Shown: positions 26,550-38,850 of the stretch, piece by piece | How positions within the stretch are numbered: the first letter of the stretch is position 1 | How the letters are laid out: every line of letters starts with the position of its first letter | Assembly (NCBI GenBank): GCA_964016885.1 | Contig: OZ024760.1 | Location: 8,184,001 to 8,248,000 of the forward strand | DNA from: Eledone cirrhosa | Taxonomy: Eukaryota | Reading direction: 5' to 3' | Length of the DNA stretch: 64,000 nucleotides | Notes under the pieces: generated by a model | Told to the model about the DNA's origin: nothing | Database searches by the model: none | The model's input: only the letters and a program-made list of their open reading frames with translations | Translations under genes and position numbers: made by a program

Positions 26550-27270
26550 AGAGCAGAGGTCCGATGAGCTGTGGATTCCAGAGTCAGGCCAGATCGATAC
26601 CGATTGAACCTTGAGCTGATCAATAGCGAAATGCACATCACCAATCAATAAACGTAATGAAGGCTTCACAAATCGTCCTTGTATTATATTATATTCATCA
26701 TCATCATCATCACCATCATCGGGTTTAGCGTCCGTGTTCCACGCTTGCATGGGTTTGGACGGGGGTTTTCCAACTTGAGGCAAGAGTGGTTGTCTTGCTC
26801 GCATAGGACTGTCTGGCGGGTTTTCTACAGCTGGATGCCCTTCCTAACACCAACCACATTTACAGTGTGGGGCTGGGAGGTTTTTACCGTGTTGCCTATA
26901 TTATATATATATAATAATTTTGTAGAGAGCAGTGGTTTGGCAGTATCGGTAGAGCGCCAGACACCATGTTTTGCAGTAGAGTTACGACCCTTTGCGTTCT
27001 GAGTTCAAATCCGCCGAGGTTAACTTTGCCTTTCATCCTTACGGGGTCGATAAAATAAAGTACCAGTAATGTACTGGGATAATTGCTGGCCTTGTGCCAA
27101 AAGTAGAAACAATTATATATATATAATAATACTAATAAAAAAAAAGGAGGCAGTGTTAGATCTTCATTACATTTATTGAGGTGTGACGCACGTTTCATGA
27201 TTGATCAGCTCAAGGTTCAATCTGTATTGATCTGGCCCGACTCTGGAATCAAAAGCTTGGACATCTGTTA
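26550..27270. mobile_element. MITE-like element with about 110-bp imperfect inverted arms and nested SINEs
   Basis: gattccagagtcaggccagatc..ttgaaccttgagctgatcaat (about 26575-26625) is inverted at about 27200-27250; SINE copies lie between the arms. Confidence 0.55.
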
Positions 27271-27429
27271 TGGTTATGGTATGGTGAACCTACAGTAACT
27301 GGACGTTAAAATCCCTAAATATATATACTGGTATCTACTTGTTTATGGTAAAGCCAATCATTGTTAGAACTCCAATGAGATCAGGTGAGGATTGTTTTTT
27401 GTTTTTGTAGTAGGCTTTCATCATATCAG

Positions 27430-28100
27430 ATACCACTCTCAACACCACCAACACCAACATCACCAACACCACCACTCTCAACACCACCATCACCACCATC
27501 ACCAACACCAACACCAACATCACCACCACTCTCAACACCACCATCACCACTCTCAACACCACCATCACCACTCTCAACACCACCAACACCACCAACACCA
27601 CCACTCTCAACACCACCAACACCAACACCACCAACACCAACACCACCATCACCACCACTCTCAACACCACCATCACCACCAACACCACCACCACCACTCT
27701 CAACACCACCATCACCAACACCAACACCACCACTCTCAACACCACCATCACCACCATCACCAACACCAACACCAACACCACCACCAACACCACCATCACC
27801 ACCACTCTCAACACCACCAACACCAACACTCTCAACACCACCATCACCAACAACACCAACACCACCATCACCACCACTCTCAACACCACCAACACCAACA
27901 CCACCATCACTCTCAACACCACCAACACCACCACTCTCAACACCACCATCACCACCACTCTCAACACCACCATCACCACCATCACCAACACCAACATCAC
28001 CACCACTCTCAACACCACCAACACCAACACCACCAACACCAACATCACCAACACCACCACCACCACCACCACTCTCAACACCACCATCACCACACCACCT
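27430..28100. repeat. (CAC/CAA/CAT)n compound trinucleotide tract with ctctcaa punctuation
   Basis: Direct inspection; begins about 30 nt into the intron after exon 3. Confidence 0.85.
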
Positions 28101-28131
28101 ACAACAAGTATAAGAATAAACAAACACAAAC

Positions 28132-28283
28132 CTCATAGTCTTTATTTATGTAACTGAGACGCCATTCATCTGAACATTCTTTGAAACGGTTGAATTCCTC
28201 CTGGGGTAGGAAAGCCTGCCAACCATCTTCCAGAATATCAAACAATGGTCGGTAGAAGAATGGATAGAGAAGGGCAACATCAT
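28132..28283 (-). CDS. MTMR9: MTMR9 coding exon 3
   Basis: DDVALLYPFFYRPLFDILEDGWQAFLPQEEFNRFKECSDEWRLSYINKDYE; cag / gt boundaries. Confidence 0.93.
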
Positions 28284-28397
28284 CTGTGGGTAGAATATAG
28301 AGAAATATGTATAAATTAGACGTGGCATTCTTTAAAGGTATACAGTAATACTTACAGAAAATAATCTGTTTTTCATGTTTATGCTTTCTTCTTCTTC

Positions 28398-29357
28398 GCC
28401 CACTTATTCCTGAGGGGGTCGTGGGGGCAGAGTCTTCAAACACCCCTTCCTGAGGGGGTCGTGGGAGCAGAGTCTTCAAACACCCCTTCCTGAGGGGGTC
28501 GTGGGGGCAGAGTCTTCGCCCACTTATTCCTGAGGGGGTCGTGGGGGCAGAGTCTTCGCCCACTTATTCCTGAGGGGGTCGTGGGGGCAGAGTCTTCAAA
28601 CACCCCTTCCTGAGGGGGTCGTGGGGGCAGAGTCTTCGCCCACTTATTCCTGAGGGGGTCGTGGGGGCAGAGTCTTCGCCCACTTATTCCTGAGGGGGTC
28701 GTGGGGGCAGAGTCTTCGCCCACTTATTCCTGAGGGGGTCGTGGGGGCAGAGTCTTCAAACACCCCTTCCTGAGGGGGTCGTGGGGGCAGAGTCTTCGCC
28801 CACTTATTCCTGAGGGGGTCATGGGGGCAGAGTCTTCGCCCACTTATTCCTGAGGGGGTCGTGGGAGCAGAGTCTTCAAACACCCCTTCCTGAGGGGGTC
28901 GTGGGGGCAGAGTCTTCGCCCACTTATTCCTGAGGGGGTCGTGGGGGCAGAGTCTTCGCCCACTTATTCCTGAGGGGGTCGTGGGGGCAGAGTCTTCGCC
29001 CACTTATTCCTGAGGGGGTCGTGGGGGCAGAGTCTTCAAACACCCCTTCCTGAGGGGGTCGTGGGGGCAGAGTCTTCGCCCACTTATTCCTGAGGGGGTC
29101 ATGGGGGCAGAGTCTTCGCCCACTTATTCCTGAGGGGGTCGTGGGAGCAGAGTCTTCAAACACCCCTTCCTGAGGGGGTCGTGGGGGCAGAGTCTTCGCC
29201 CACTTATTCCTGAGGGGGTCGTGGGGGCAGAGTCTTCGCCCACTTATTCCTGAGGGGGTCGTGGGGGCAGAGTCTTCAAACACCCCTTCCTGAGGGGGTC
29301 GTGGGGGCAGAGTCTTCGCCCACTTATTCCTGAGGGGGTCATGGGGGCAGAGTCTTC
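28398..29357. repeat. 40-bp G-rich minisatellite, 24 copies, two variants
   Basis: (gcccacttattcc or aaacaccccttcc)tgagggggtcgtgggggcagagtcttc; 280-bp higher-order repeat. Confidence 0.92.
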
Positions 29358-29550
29358 AAGCACTCCTTCCAGTGGGTCCTGTCAGAAGCAACGGTTTCCA
29401 ACTGATCTAGCTTGATCCCCAAGCGTGACGATGGATGTTATCCAACCATCTTGCTTGGGGTCTACTCCTGGGTCTCCTACCTGTTGGTTTCCCCTGTAAA
29501 ATCTTTCCAGCAATTCTTTCTTGAGACAGTCTAACCACATGCCCGTAGGT
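29358..29550 (-). mobile_element. RTE-like LINE C-terminal relic
   Basis: YGHVVRL...GRRPRSRP..RWLDNI; continues into the 40-bp array and a (GAA)n tail at about 28385. Confidence 0.6.
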
Positions 29551-29820
29551 TTTGCTTACATTTTATTATATTAAAATTGTTTAAGTTTATTTAATTTTCT
29601 GTGAATATGATGAAATTTTTTCCAATATCCTTTAGAAAATTTAGTTTGGAATCTTCATTGAAAGTGTTGTGCTTTTATCTTAACAATTTATAAATGAAGA
29701 GCAATTTCGGTATGGTCATGCTAAAAAACTATTGATTCTCACTATTTGGTTTAGGGAGGTAGTGTGAAAACAAAATAAGGTTTGTATTAAATACTAAGGG
29801 AAATAATCATATATGACTCG

Positions 29821-32396
29821 CCAGACAGTCCACACTGTAATGTGGCCGTGTAGGCAACACGGTAAAAACCTCCCAGCCCCACACTGTAAATGTGGTTGGT
29901 GTTAGGAAGGGCATCCAGCTGTAGAAAACCCGCCAGACAGTCCACGCTGTAATGTGGCCGTGTAGGCAACACGGTAAAAACCTCCCAGCCCCACACTGTA
30001 AATGTGGTTGGTGTTAGGAAGGGCATCCAGCTGTAGAAAACCCGCCAGACAGTCCACGCTGTAATGTGGCCGTGTAGGCAACACGGTAAAAACCTCCCAG
30101 CCCCACACTGTAAATGTGGTTGGTGTTAGGAAGGGCATCCAGCTGTAGAAAACCCGCCAGACAGTCCACGCTGTAATGTGGCCGTGTAGGCAACACGGTA
30201 AAAACCTCCCAGCCCCACACTGTAAATGTGGTTGGTGTTAGGAAGGGCATCCAGCTGTAGAAAACCCGCCAGACAGTCCACGCTGTAATGTGGCCGTGTA
30301 GGCAACACGGTAAAAACCTCCCAGCCCCACACTGTAAATGTGGTTGGTGTTAGGAAGGGCATCCAGCTGTAGAAAACCCGCCAGACAGTCCACGCTGTAA
30401 TGTGGCCGTGTAGGCAACACAGTAAAAACCTCCCAGCCCCACACTGTAAATGTGGTTGGTGTTAGGAAGGGCATCCAGCTGTAGAAAACCCGCCAGACAG
30501 TCCACGCTGTAATGTGGCCGTGTAGGCAACACGGTAAAAACCTCCCAGCCCCACACTGTAAATGTGGTTGGTGTTAGGAAGGGCATCCAGCTGTAGAAAA
30601 CCCGCCAGACAGTCCACGCTGTAATGTGGCCGTGTAGGCAACACGGTAAAAACCTCCCAGCCCCACACTGTAAATGTGGTTGGTGTTAGGAAGGGCATCC
30701 AGCTGTAGAAAACCCGCCAGACAGTCCACGCTGTAATGTGGCCGTGTAGGCAACACGGTAAAAACCTCCCAGCCCCACACTGTAAATGTGGTTGGTGTTA
30801 GGAAGGGCATCCAGCTGTAGAAAACCCGCCAGACAGTCCACGCTGTAATGTGGCCGTGTAGGCAACACGGTAAAAACCTCCCAGCCCCACACTGTAAATG
30901 TGGTTGGTGTTAGGAAGGGCATCCAGCTGTAGAAAACCCGCCAGACAGTCCACGCTGTAATGTGGCCGTGTAGGCAACACGGTAAAAACCTCCCAGCCCC
31001 ACACTGTAAATGTGGTTGGTGTTAGGAAGGGCATCCAGCTGTAGAAAACCCGCCAGACAGTCCACGCTGTAATGTGGCCGTGTAGGCAACACGGTAAAAA
31101 CCTCCCAGCCCCACACTGTAAATGTGGTTGGTGTTAGGAAGGGCATCCAGCTGTAGAAAACCCGCCAGACAGTCCACGCTGTAATGTGGCCGTGTAGGCA
31201 ACACGGTAAAAACCTCCCAGCCCCACACTGTAAATGTGGTTGGTGTTAGGAAGGGCATCCAGCTGTAGAAAACCCGCCAGACAGTCCACGCTGTAATGTG
31301 GCCGTGTAGGCAACACGGTAAAAACCTCCCAGCCCCACACTGTAAATGTGGTTGGTGTTAGGAAGGGCATCCAGCTGTAGAAAACCCGCCAGACAGTCCA
31401 CGCTGTAATGTGGCCGTGTAGGCAACACGGTAAAAACCTCCCAGCCCCACACTGTAAATGTGGTTGGTGTTAGGAAGGGCATCCAGCTGTAGAAAACCCG
31501 CCAGACAGTCCACGCTGTAATGTGGCCGTGTAGGCAACACAGTAAAAACCTCCCAGCCCCACACTGTAAATGTGGTTGGTGTTAGGAAGGGCATCCAGCT
31601 GTAGAAAACCCGCCAGACAGTCCACGCTGTAATGTGGCCGTGTAGGCAACACGGTAAAAACCTCCCAGCCCCACACTGTAAATGTGGTTGGTGTTAGGAA
31701 GGGCATCCAGCTGTAGAAAACCCGCCAGACAGTCCACGCTGTAATGTGGCCGTGTAGGCAACACGGTAAAAACCTCCCAGCCCCACACTGTAAATGTGGT
31801 TGGTGTTAGGAAGGGCATCCAGCTGTAGAAAACCCGCCAGACAGTCCACGCTGTAATGTGGCCGTGTAGGCAACACGGTAAAAACCTCCCAGCCCCACAC
31901 TGTAAATGTGGTTGGTGTTAGGAAGGGCATCCAGCTGTAGAAAACCCGCCAGACAGTCCACGCTGTAATGTGGCCGTGTAGGCAACACGGTAAAAACCTC
32001 CCAGCCCCACACTGTAAATGTGGTTGGTGTTAGGAAGGGCATCCAGCTGTAGAAAACCCGCCAGACAGTCCACGCTGTAATGTGGCCGTGTAGGCAACAC
32101 GGTAAAAACCTCCCAGCCCCACACTGTAAATGTGGTTGGTGTTAGGAAGGGCATCCAGCTGTAGAAAACCCGCCAGACAGTCCACGCTGTAATGTGGCCG
32201 TGTAGGCAACACGGTAAAAACCTCCCAGCCCCACACTGTAAATGTGGTTGGTGTTAGGAAGGGCATCCAGCTGTAGAAAACCCGCCAGACAGTCCACGCT
32301 GTAATGTGGCCGTGTAGGCAACACGGTAAAAACCTCCCAGCCCCACACTGTAAATGTGGTTGGTGTTAGGAAGGGCATCCAGCTGTAGAAAACCCG
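29821..32396. repeat. 112-bp tandem array, 23 near-identical copies, derived from a SINE-like element
   Basis: Period 112. A G>A variant recurs at 30421 and 31541 (10-unit spacing). The array runs directly into the element's 3' tail at 32397-32505. Confidence 0.95.
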
Positions 32397-32594
32397 CCAG
32401 ACAGTCCTATGCGAGCAAGACAACCACTCTTGCCTCAAGTGGGAAAACCCCCGTCCAAACCCATGCAAGCGTGGAACACGGACGCTAAACCCGATGATGA
32501 TGATGACCCTCCCAGGAATAATTGAAAAGAAGAAGAAGTAAAAGAAAGAAGAAGACGAAGAAGATGACAACAACACTGATGACAAGAATCTTAC

Positions 32595-32754
32595 CAATAT
32601 TTGATAGCTGTTCCACAGAGCTAGAGATGTTGATACATTCCTCAGCCATGGGTATTTCTAACTGAATCACAGAGAAGTCTTTACAACGTATTGTCAAAGT
32701 CCCACCAGCACCAGACAGCTTCTTCTCAACACTGTCAATACCGCGATGAAGTAA
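32595..32754 (-). CDS. MTMR9: MTMR9 coding exon 2
   Basis: LLHRGIDSVEKKLSGAGGTLTIRCKDFSVIQLEIPMAEECINISSSVEQLSNI; ttttcag / gtaag boundaries. Confidence 0.93.
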
Positions 32755-32964
32755 CTGAAAAATAAGGAGTCATTAGCTTTGTTAACCCTTTAGCATTTAA
32801 CCCGGCCATATCTGGCCAGAATTCTCTACTTTGTGACATGGAGAGGTGAGACTGGTATACAAAAAAATACAATAGTATATATAGGGCAATGTAAATGCTA
32901 AAGGGTCAAATAAAATAGGTTGGCAATCGCATCTTTGGAAAGTGAAAGAAAAGGGCTAACTTAC

Positions 32965-33111
32965 CCACAGTTCACTTTTGGATTCTTGTCTTGAAGAAAG
33001 AATTAGATGATGTCCTGTCACACACAGTGTACCTTCCAAAGACAACTCAAATGGTTTGTGAAGAACCACATTATCAACAGTCGGGGTGTTGATAAACTCA
33101 ACAAATTCCAT
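32965..33111 (-). CDS. MTMR9: MTMR9 coding exon 1
   Basis: MEFVEFINTPTVDNVVLHKPFELSLEGTLCVTGHHLILSSRQESKSELW, then donor GTAAG. An upstream acceptor (ttttcag, about 33145) implies a 5' UTR intron. Confidence 0.93.
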
Positions 33112-33174
33112 TTTACACCGGTGAACGCGATTTCTTTATGATGACTGAAAAGTAGGAGGTCAAAATAGTCATAT

Positions 33175-33216
<42 letters not shown>

Positions 33217-34980
33217 AAGAGCGGGAGAATGAGAGAGAGGGTGTTCACTATACTGAGCTATCAAGTCTGGGTGTGCTTGGTTATTCCAACACCTTAGCTT
33301 CACTATCACCTGCAGCAATCCTGTCAGTGTGTTGATTGTTGATTTGCCTTCAAAAATTATGAAGAGGCAGCTCCAGCTCCCTATGTGGTAGTGCGTGATT
33401 CAGGGTGCAGGGTTTTCTTCCCCCTTTTTTCTTGCTTATCATTCCTTCCCTGTTTTCGTTATTCCTCCTTTTATTGATAACATATGTAACTTTCCTAAAA
33501 ATTAAATTGATTCTTAACTGAATTGTGTTTTTCTTTAGAACAGATTTCCAATTAAAATTTAACCCTTACCTTACCGTATTTCTAATGAAAGACACTGCCT
33601 ATATGGTCATGAATCTTGGGTAATGACCGAAAGAATACAATCGTGAATACATACATGAATACTCACAACAGAACAGAACTGAAAGTAAACGGAATAAGAT
33701 GGCTGACATCAGCAATGGTAAGAAACTCTCAGGAGAGCTGGACAGCAAAAGGTCATCAGAGAAGACCCCCCACTCCCAAGCGGGTGTTTCGGCCCTTAAC
33801 TTCTTACACAGTTAGGGGGCCGGGCAGGGCTGGATTTAGACCTTGGGGTGCCCAGGGCACTTAAGTTTTTAGGGGGGGGGGGGTGTCATACACAAAAAAT
33901 TAGAATACACAGCAAACCCCTAGTTTTACCTATCAAAGTCAGTGACGCAAGTAAATGGAATTGAAGTTATACATACAGTTATTAAATTAAAAAATCTAAC
34001 CATATTAAAACTAAAGAACCCAACAGAGGGGACACAAATAAATTGCTACGACCGTCGCTAGTGCCCCCATCACAACCACCACCAGTGCAGGGGACCCGGC
34101 ACAATTGCCCTCTTTTCCCCGCCCCATTAAATTCTGGTCAGGAGCATCCGGGTCATGACTCGTGGATGCCCTCCTGCTGACATTTAGCCATTCAGAAATC
34201 GGAAACTTGCTCCCCGTATGGAGATTTTGACTGGCTAGTCGCAGTTGTGAGCTCACGAGATGGAATGGCTCTTCCAGCGCATCTAAATAAAGTACCAGTA
34301 ATATACTGGGTATTTGCTGGCCTCGTGCCTAACGTAGAAACAGTTATTTCCAGAACAATTCCTCACTTTTAACAAACAACACAAACCAACACTTTCTCTT
34401 GTCTCAAGTCGTTCGAAAAAACAAAAACATTCGTTTCTTTCTAAAGTCAACAGGTATTTTTTTTTTTTTTATACATCAGCTGTTTCGGATCTCCGTATAT
34501 ATCTATCTGAAGGAACTTATCCACTTGTGTTGATATAAGTGATTTTATGACTTTCCTGTAAGCATTGTGTCGTTATATATGTTATTATAAGCGTGAAACT
34601 TATTTCAAATTAAATATTATATATATATATATATAGACACGAAGAAAATATAAATAAATGTTTATATATACACCCGAATATATAATGTGTTTGTTTACAT
34701 ATGACCACCAGGTGTAGTGCGTTTGGCAGCGTCCTTCTCCACTCTTTTTAATCCTGTATATATATATATATATATATCTAGTCATACACGTAACATTTAA
34801 TAATACACACACACACATTATATATATATATATATATTATATATATATACACACACACACACGCACATATATACTCTTCCGCTTCTCACAGTGTCATCAC
34901 AAGACTCACTATTTAGCCTTAATAAAATGAAAATTTAAACTACTTTCGGTATTGAGTACTCCTTTCTCTCGGCCGTCAGC

Positions 34981-35016
<36 letters not shown>

Positions 35017-35148
35017 GTTTGATTATATATTTTTGTGCATTATATTAATAAGATTCCTAGCAATAATTAATTGTATTCATATTTTCATTCTGTAAGAACT
35101 ATAAACAATCTCTAATGCTATTTATACAACTGTGAATAATAAAATCTT

Positions 35149-35187
<39 letters not shown>

Positions 35188-35251
35188 CAGAGAGAAAGAG
35201 AAAGAGAGAGAGATAAATATACACGGGTGTGTATGATTGTGTATAGAAGAT

Positions 35252-35637
35252 TATATTAATAAGAGGAATTCCAACTTTGTCTGATTTACTCGTTTTATTT
35301 ACAATCCTTTAACATTTATAATGGTATTATAATGAAATAGTATGGTAGAATATTAAATGTTAAGTGTTAATTGAACAAGTACTTTCATGCTTTCGCAATC
35401 TTCAGGTTCATAATGTGTGGTGACAGTCAAGTTTGCAATTTTCAACAGTTCAAAATTGCAAACTTGACTGTCACCACACATTATGAACCTGAAAATTGCG
35501 AAAGCATGAAAGTACTTGTTCAATTAACACTTAACATTTAATATTCTACCATACTATTTCATTATAATACCATTATAAATGTTAAAGGATTGTAAATAAA
35601 ACGAGTAAATCAGACAAAGTTGGAATTCCTCTTATTA

Positions 35638-35642
<5 letters not shown>
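35252..35642. repeat. 391-bp palindrome (191-bp arms, 9-nt spacer, one mismatch)
   Basis: 35252-35442 is the reverse complement of 35452-35642 except at 35400/35494. Confidence 0.95.
35372..35410 (-). ncRNA. minimal type-I hammerhead ribozyme-like motif
   Basis: UGAAC-CUGAAGA-U UGC GAAA GCA U-GAAA-GUAC-UU-GUUCA: 5-bp stem I, GNRA-capped stem II, palindromic stem III. Confidence 0.5.
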
Positions 35643-35670
<28 letters not shown>

Positions 35671-35995
35671 GATTCCCGATGTATTATTGGGAGGTGGCCA
35701 CTGTTATTAAAATGTATTGAATACGTTAGTAGAGTATAGGTATATTTATTTTATTATAGAAATGACATCTACGGGACTAGAACTGTTTCATTCGTAAGAA
35801 ATCATCATCACACACACATATATACACACATATATATATATATATACATATATATATACCGATAGTCGATCGACAAGATCCCAGATCTCATTCGCTTAAC
35901 GAGTGGGGTGGAGCTCGTCAAATCGGACCGAGGAAACAATGTTTCCATTGGTCTTTCCAATTGCTAATACTATCTGTCGGTCGCAACTCCTGGCA

Positions 35996-36035
<40 letters not shown>

Positions 36036-36452
36036 CAGTATATGAAAAGATACAGGACCCCGACGGCTGAGCTCCGGCCGTTTCGACAGCTAGATTCGAA
36101 CCACACCCTCTCTCTCTATATATATATATATTAACAATCGATATATATCGATTGTTAAACTTCTATCTAGCCCAACACAAAATGATTTACAAACGCACAA
36201 ATCAACAAAAAAAAAATGTTTTTCTTTTTTTTTTTATAATCATCTGAATAATTAATTCTATTAAAATGTTTCTTTTGTAAACCATATTCATAACACCAAC
36301 GGTGTTTTTACGTAGTTAAAATATTTTAATATATGTGTATGCATAATAATTAACACACACACACACACACATATATATGTGTGTGTATATATATATGAAA
36401 CATTCGGGACCCCGACGGCTGAGCTCCTGCCATTTCAACAGCTAGATCCGAA

Positions 36453-36504
<52 letters not shown>

Positions 36505-36665
36505 GATATACATATATGAGTGTGTATGTATATGTGTATATATAGGTGTGTATGTATTGAAGACAATCCTTAAAAATGAGATGAACAGCTGAAAATTAAT
36601 GAAAATAATGCAACCGGGTTATAATGTTATATATGTGTGTGTGTGTGTGCGTAGTGTTTTTGTGC

Positions 36666-36698
<33 letters not shown>

Positions 36699-37734
36699 TA
36701 TATATCTATACCTTTCATTTATATTTATATATATATATTATAAAAATAATTTATATATTTACCTTTTCAATGAGTCCGGTTTAATAGGCCCTAATTACAG
36801 GTGGTAAACCCTGTTCGGGCACTTAGATATCGTGATGGTATGTAAATGAGTGTGTATATTACCTAACAGCAGTGATCTCACGAAACCAACCCCCGGGTTT
36901 TGGAATAAATAAATAATTTATCTAGAGCAGACACTCATTACAGTTCGGCAGTAAATCGTCTAATGTATTCACCTCCAATATATTTTATAAAATCTTCTTT
37001 TAAATAATTATTGTAATTAACGTTTTTGTTTTAATATTAAATAATATTTATTAAATTTATTAGATTTATTTTTAAAAAAAAAAGCTTTCGTTTCTGTTTT
37101 TTTTTTGTCCCGTAACTAAAACTCAGAGCCATTCATATAAAATAAACGTAATTATATATTTACGAGGATGGAGTGAAAAGTTCATAAGCTGACCAAGATA
37201 CTCTCATGGAATGACCAAATGAGATTTATCTTCAACATAGACCTTGGAAAGAAACGAAGTAGTTATTTATAAGAAGAGTTGAAATTAATGCATGTAAAAT
37301 TTCACAGCTCTAGCATAGCTCCTTCATAGTTAGCCTATGACCAAGATACTCTCATGGAATGACCAAATGAGGTTTATTTTTCAAACAATGCAGTTCTTTC
37401 AACATAGTCCCTGGAAAGAAACGAGGTGGTTATTTATAAGAAGTTGAAATTTATTTATAAGAGTTGAAATTAATGCATGTAAGATTTCACAGCTCTAGCA
37501 TCCCTCCTCCATAGTCAGTCTATGGACTTTCCAATCGATCCTCTTAAATATTCGCCAATATCTATTCAAATAATTAGTATTTTCAATATCAATATGAATG
37601 AGTAATTTACCAAAACCATGTCTATAAAATTTGTCATCTTCCCTTTTTTTAATATTGTTAAAATTTATTTACACGCAAAACCCACATTCCAACACACTTT
37701 TCTTTTCGTACTTTGGGGTTAATAAATAAATGAT

Positions 37735-38320
37735 TAAGTATCGGTAGAGCGCCAGACGCCATCCTTTGCAGCCTAGAGTTATAGCCCTTTGCGTTCTGAG
37801 TTCAAATCCCGCCGAGGTTAACTTTGTCTTTCATCCTTACGGGATCGATAAAATAAAGTACCAGTAACGTACTGGGTCGATTTAATCGACTTTCCCCTTT
37901 CCCCAAATTACTGCCCTTGTGCCTATACTAGAAATCATTATTATGTGGCTTGGCAGTATCGGTAGAGGGTCGGACGCCATGCTTTCCAGCATAGTTACGT
38001 CCCTTTGCGGTCTGATTCAAATCCCACCGAGGTTAACTTTGCCTTTCATCCTTACGGGGTCGATAAAATAAAGTACCAGTAATGCACTGGGTAATTGATG
38101 GCCTTGTGCCAAAAGTAGAAACAATTATTATTGGATTGGCAGTATCGGTAGAGGGTCGGACACCATGCTTTGCAGCAAAGAGTTACGGCCCTTTATTGTC
38201 TGAGTTCAAATCCCGCCGAGGTTAACTTTGCCTTTCATTCTTATGGGGTCGATAAAATAAAGTACCAGTAATACATTGGCATAATTGCTGGCCTTGTGCC
38301 AAAAGTAGAAACAATTATTA
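37735..38320 (+). mobile_element. three head-to-tail tRNA-derived SINEs (family A)
   Basis: Repeated gtatcggtagag..ttcaaatccc..tttcat(c/t)cttacgggg(a)tcgataaaataaagtaccag..gtagaaacaatt-like units. The central block resembles the MetaSINE domain (from memory, unverified). Confidence 0.75.
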
Positions 38321-38339
38321 TTTCCATTATTATTTTTAT

Positions 38340-38850
38340 CGCACATCATTACTGCTTTACCGAGCACAGCTCTGTGCACCTTGGGTATGTGCAGTGTAGT
38401 TTTTGATGATATTGTTTCTATTGTATTGATACTACGTGTAATATGTGTGCAGTGCCTAGTAGTGTTATCGCTATGTATTTATCTGTGTTTTTTTTATCAT
38501 TCCTAGAGCACCTATTATAGGTATTGTTTCTGTTTTCATTTTCCATGTTCGAGTTATTTCTATCTCTAGATCTTTATATTTGGAGAGTTTTTCTATTTCC
38601 TTGGAAGATATATGGTCGTCTGTGGGAATAGATACATCTATTAGAAGGCATTCTTTTCTTTGTAGTCTTTGACTATAATATCTGGCCAGTTGGCCTTGAT
38701 CTCTCTGTCTGTATGTATTGGCATTTCCCAGAGAATGGTTGCTTTGTCATTCTCTGACACCTTTTCTGGTGTCTGTTTGAACCATCTTTTTTCTGTTGGT
38801 ATTTCATAATGCTGGCATAATTTCCAGTGTATGAAGGTCCCAACACAAGA
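38340..38850 (-). mobile_element. non-LTR retrotransposon relic with RLE domain (R4/Dong-like)
   Basis: IHWKLCQHY..PEKVSENDKATILWEMPIHTDREIKANWPDIIVKD. Confidence 0.7.

Larger units (their letters stand above)
2267..33111 (-). other. MTMR9: MTMR9 gene span (14 coding exons, 565 aa), myotubularin-related pseudophosphatase
   Basis: Manually spliced exons give one open frame from MEFVEFINTPTVDNVVLH to ITTQGSQ*. It is collinear with MTMR9 (PH-GRAM, phosphatase-like domain, coiled coil). Total 1698 nt; all introns GT-AG with matching phases. Confidence 0.93.

Noticed and set aside
27335-28138. His/Gln-, Pro/Thr- and Gly/Val-rich ORFs (also 23636-24448)
   Set aside because: Trinucleotide low-complexity tracts open in several frames on both strands.
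29787-32597. Series of near-identical 78-aa ORFs
   Set aside because: Artefact of the 112-bp tandem array; the starts are non-ATG or repeat-derived.
36131-36158. 28-bp perfect palindrome ttaacaatcgatatatatcgattgttaa
   Set aside because: Short, TA-centred and in a microsatellite-rich zone; no functional evidence.
36860-36970. Candidate MTMR9 non-coding first exon (AG|GTAAT donor at about 36862)
   Set aside because: Only a donor-like motif; needs transcript data.
37945-38030. tRNA gene
   Set aside because: The A/B boxes belong to SINE heads; there is no cloverleaf and the SINE body follows.
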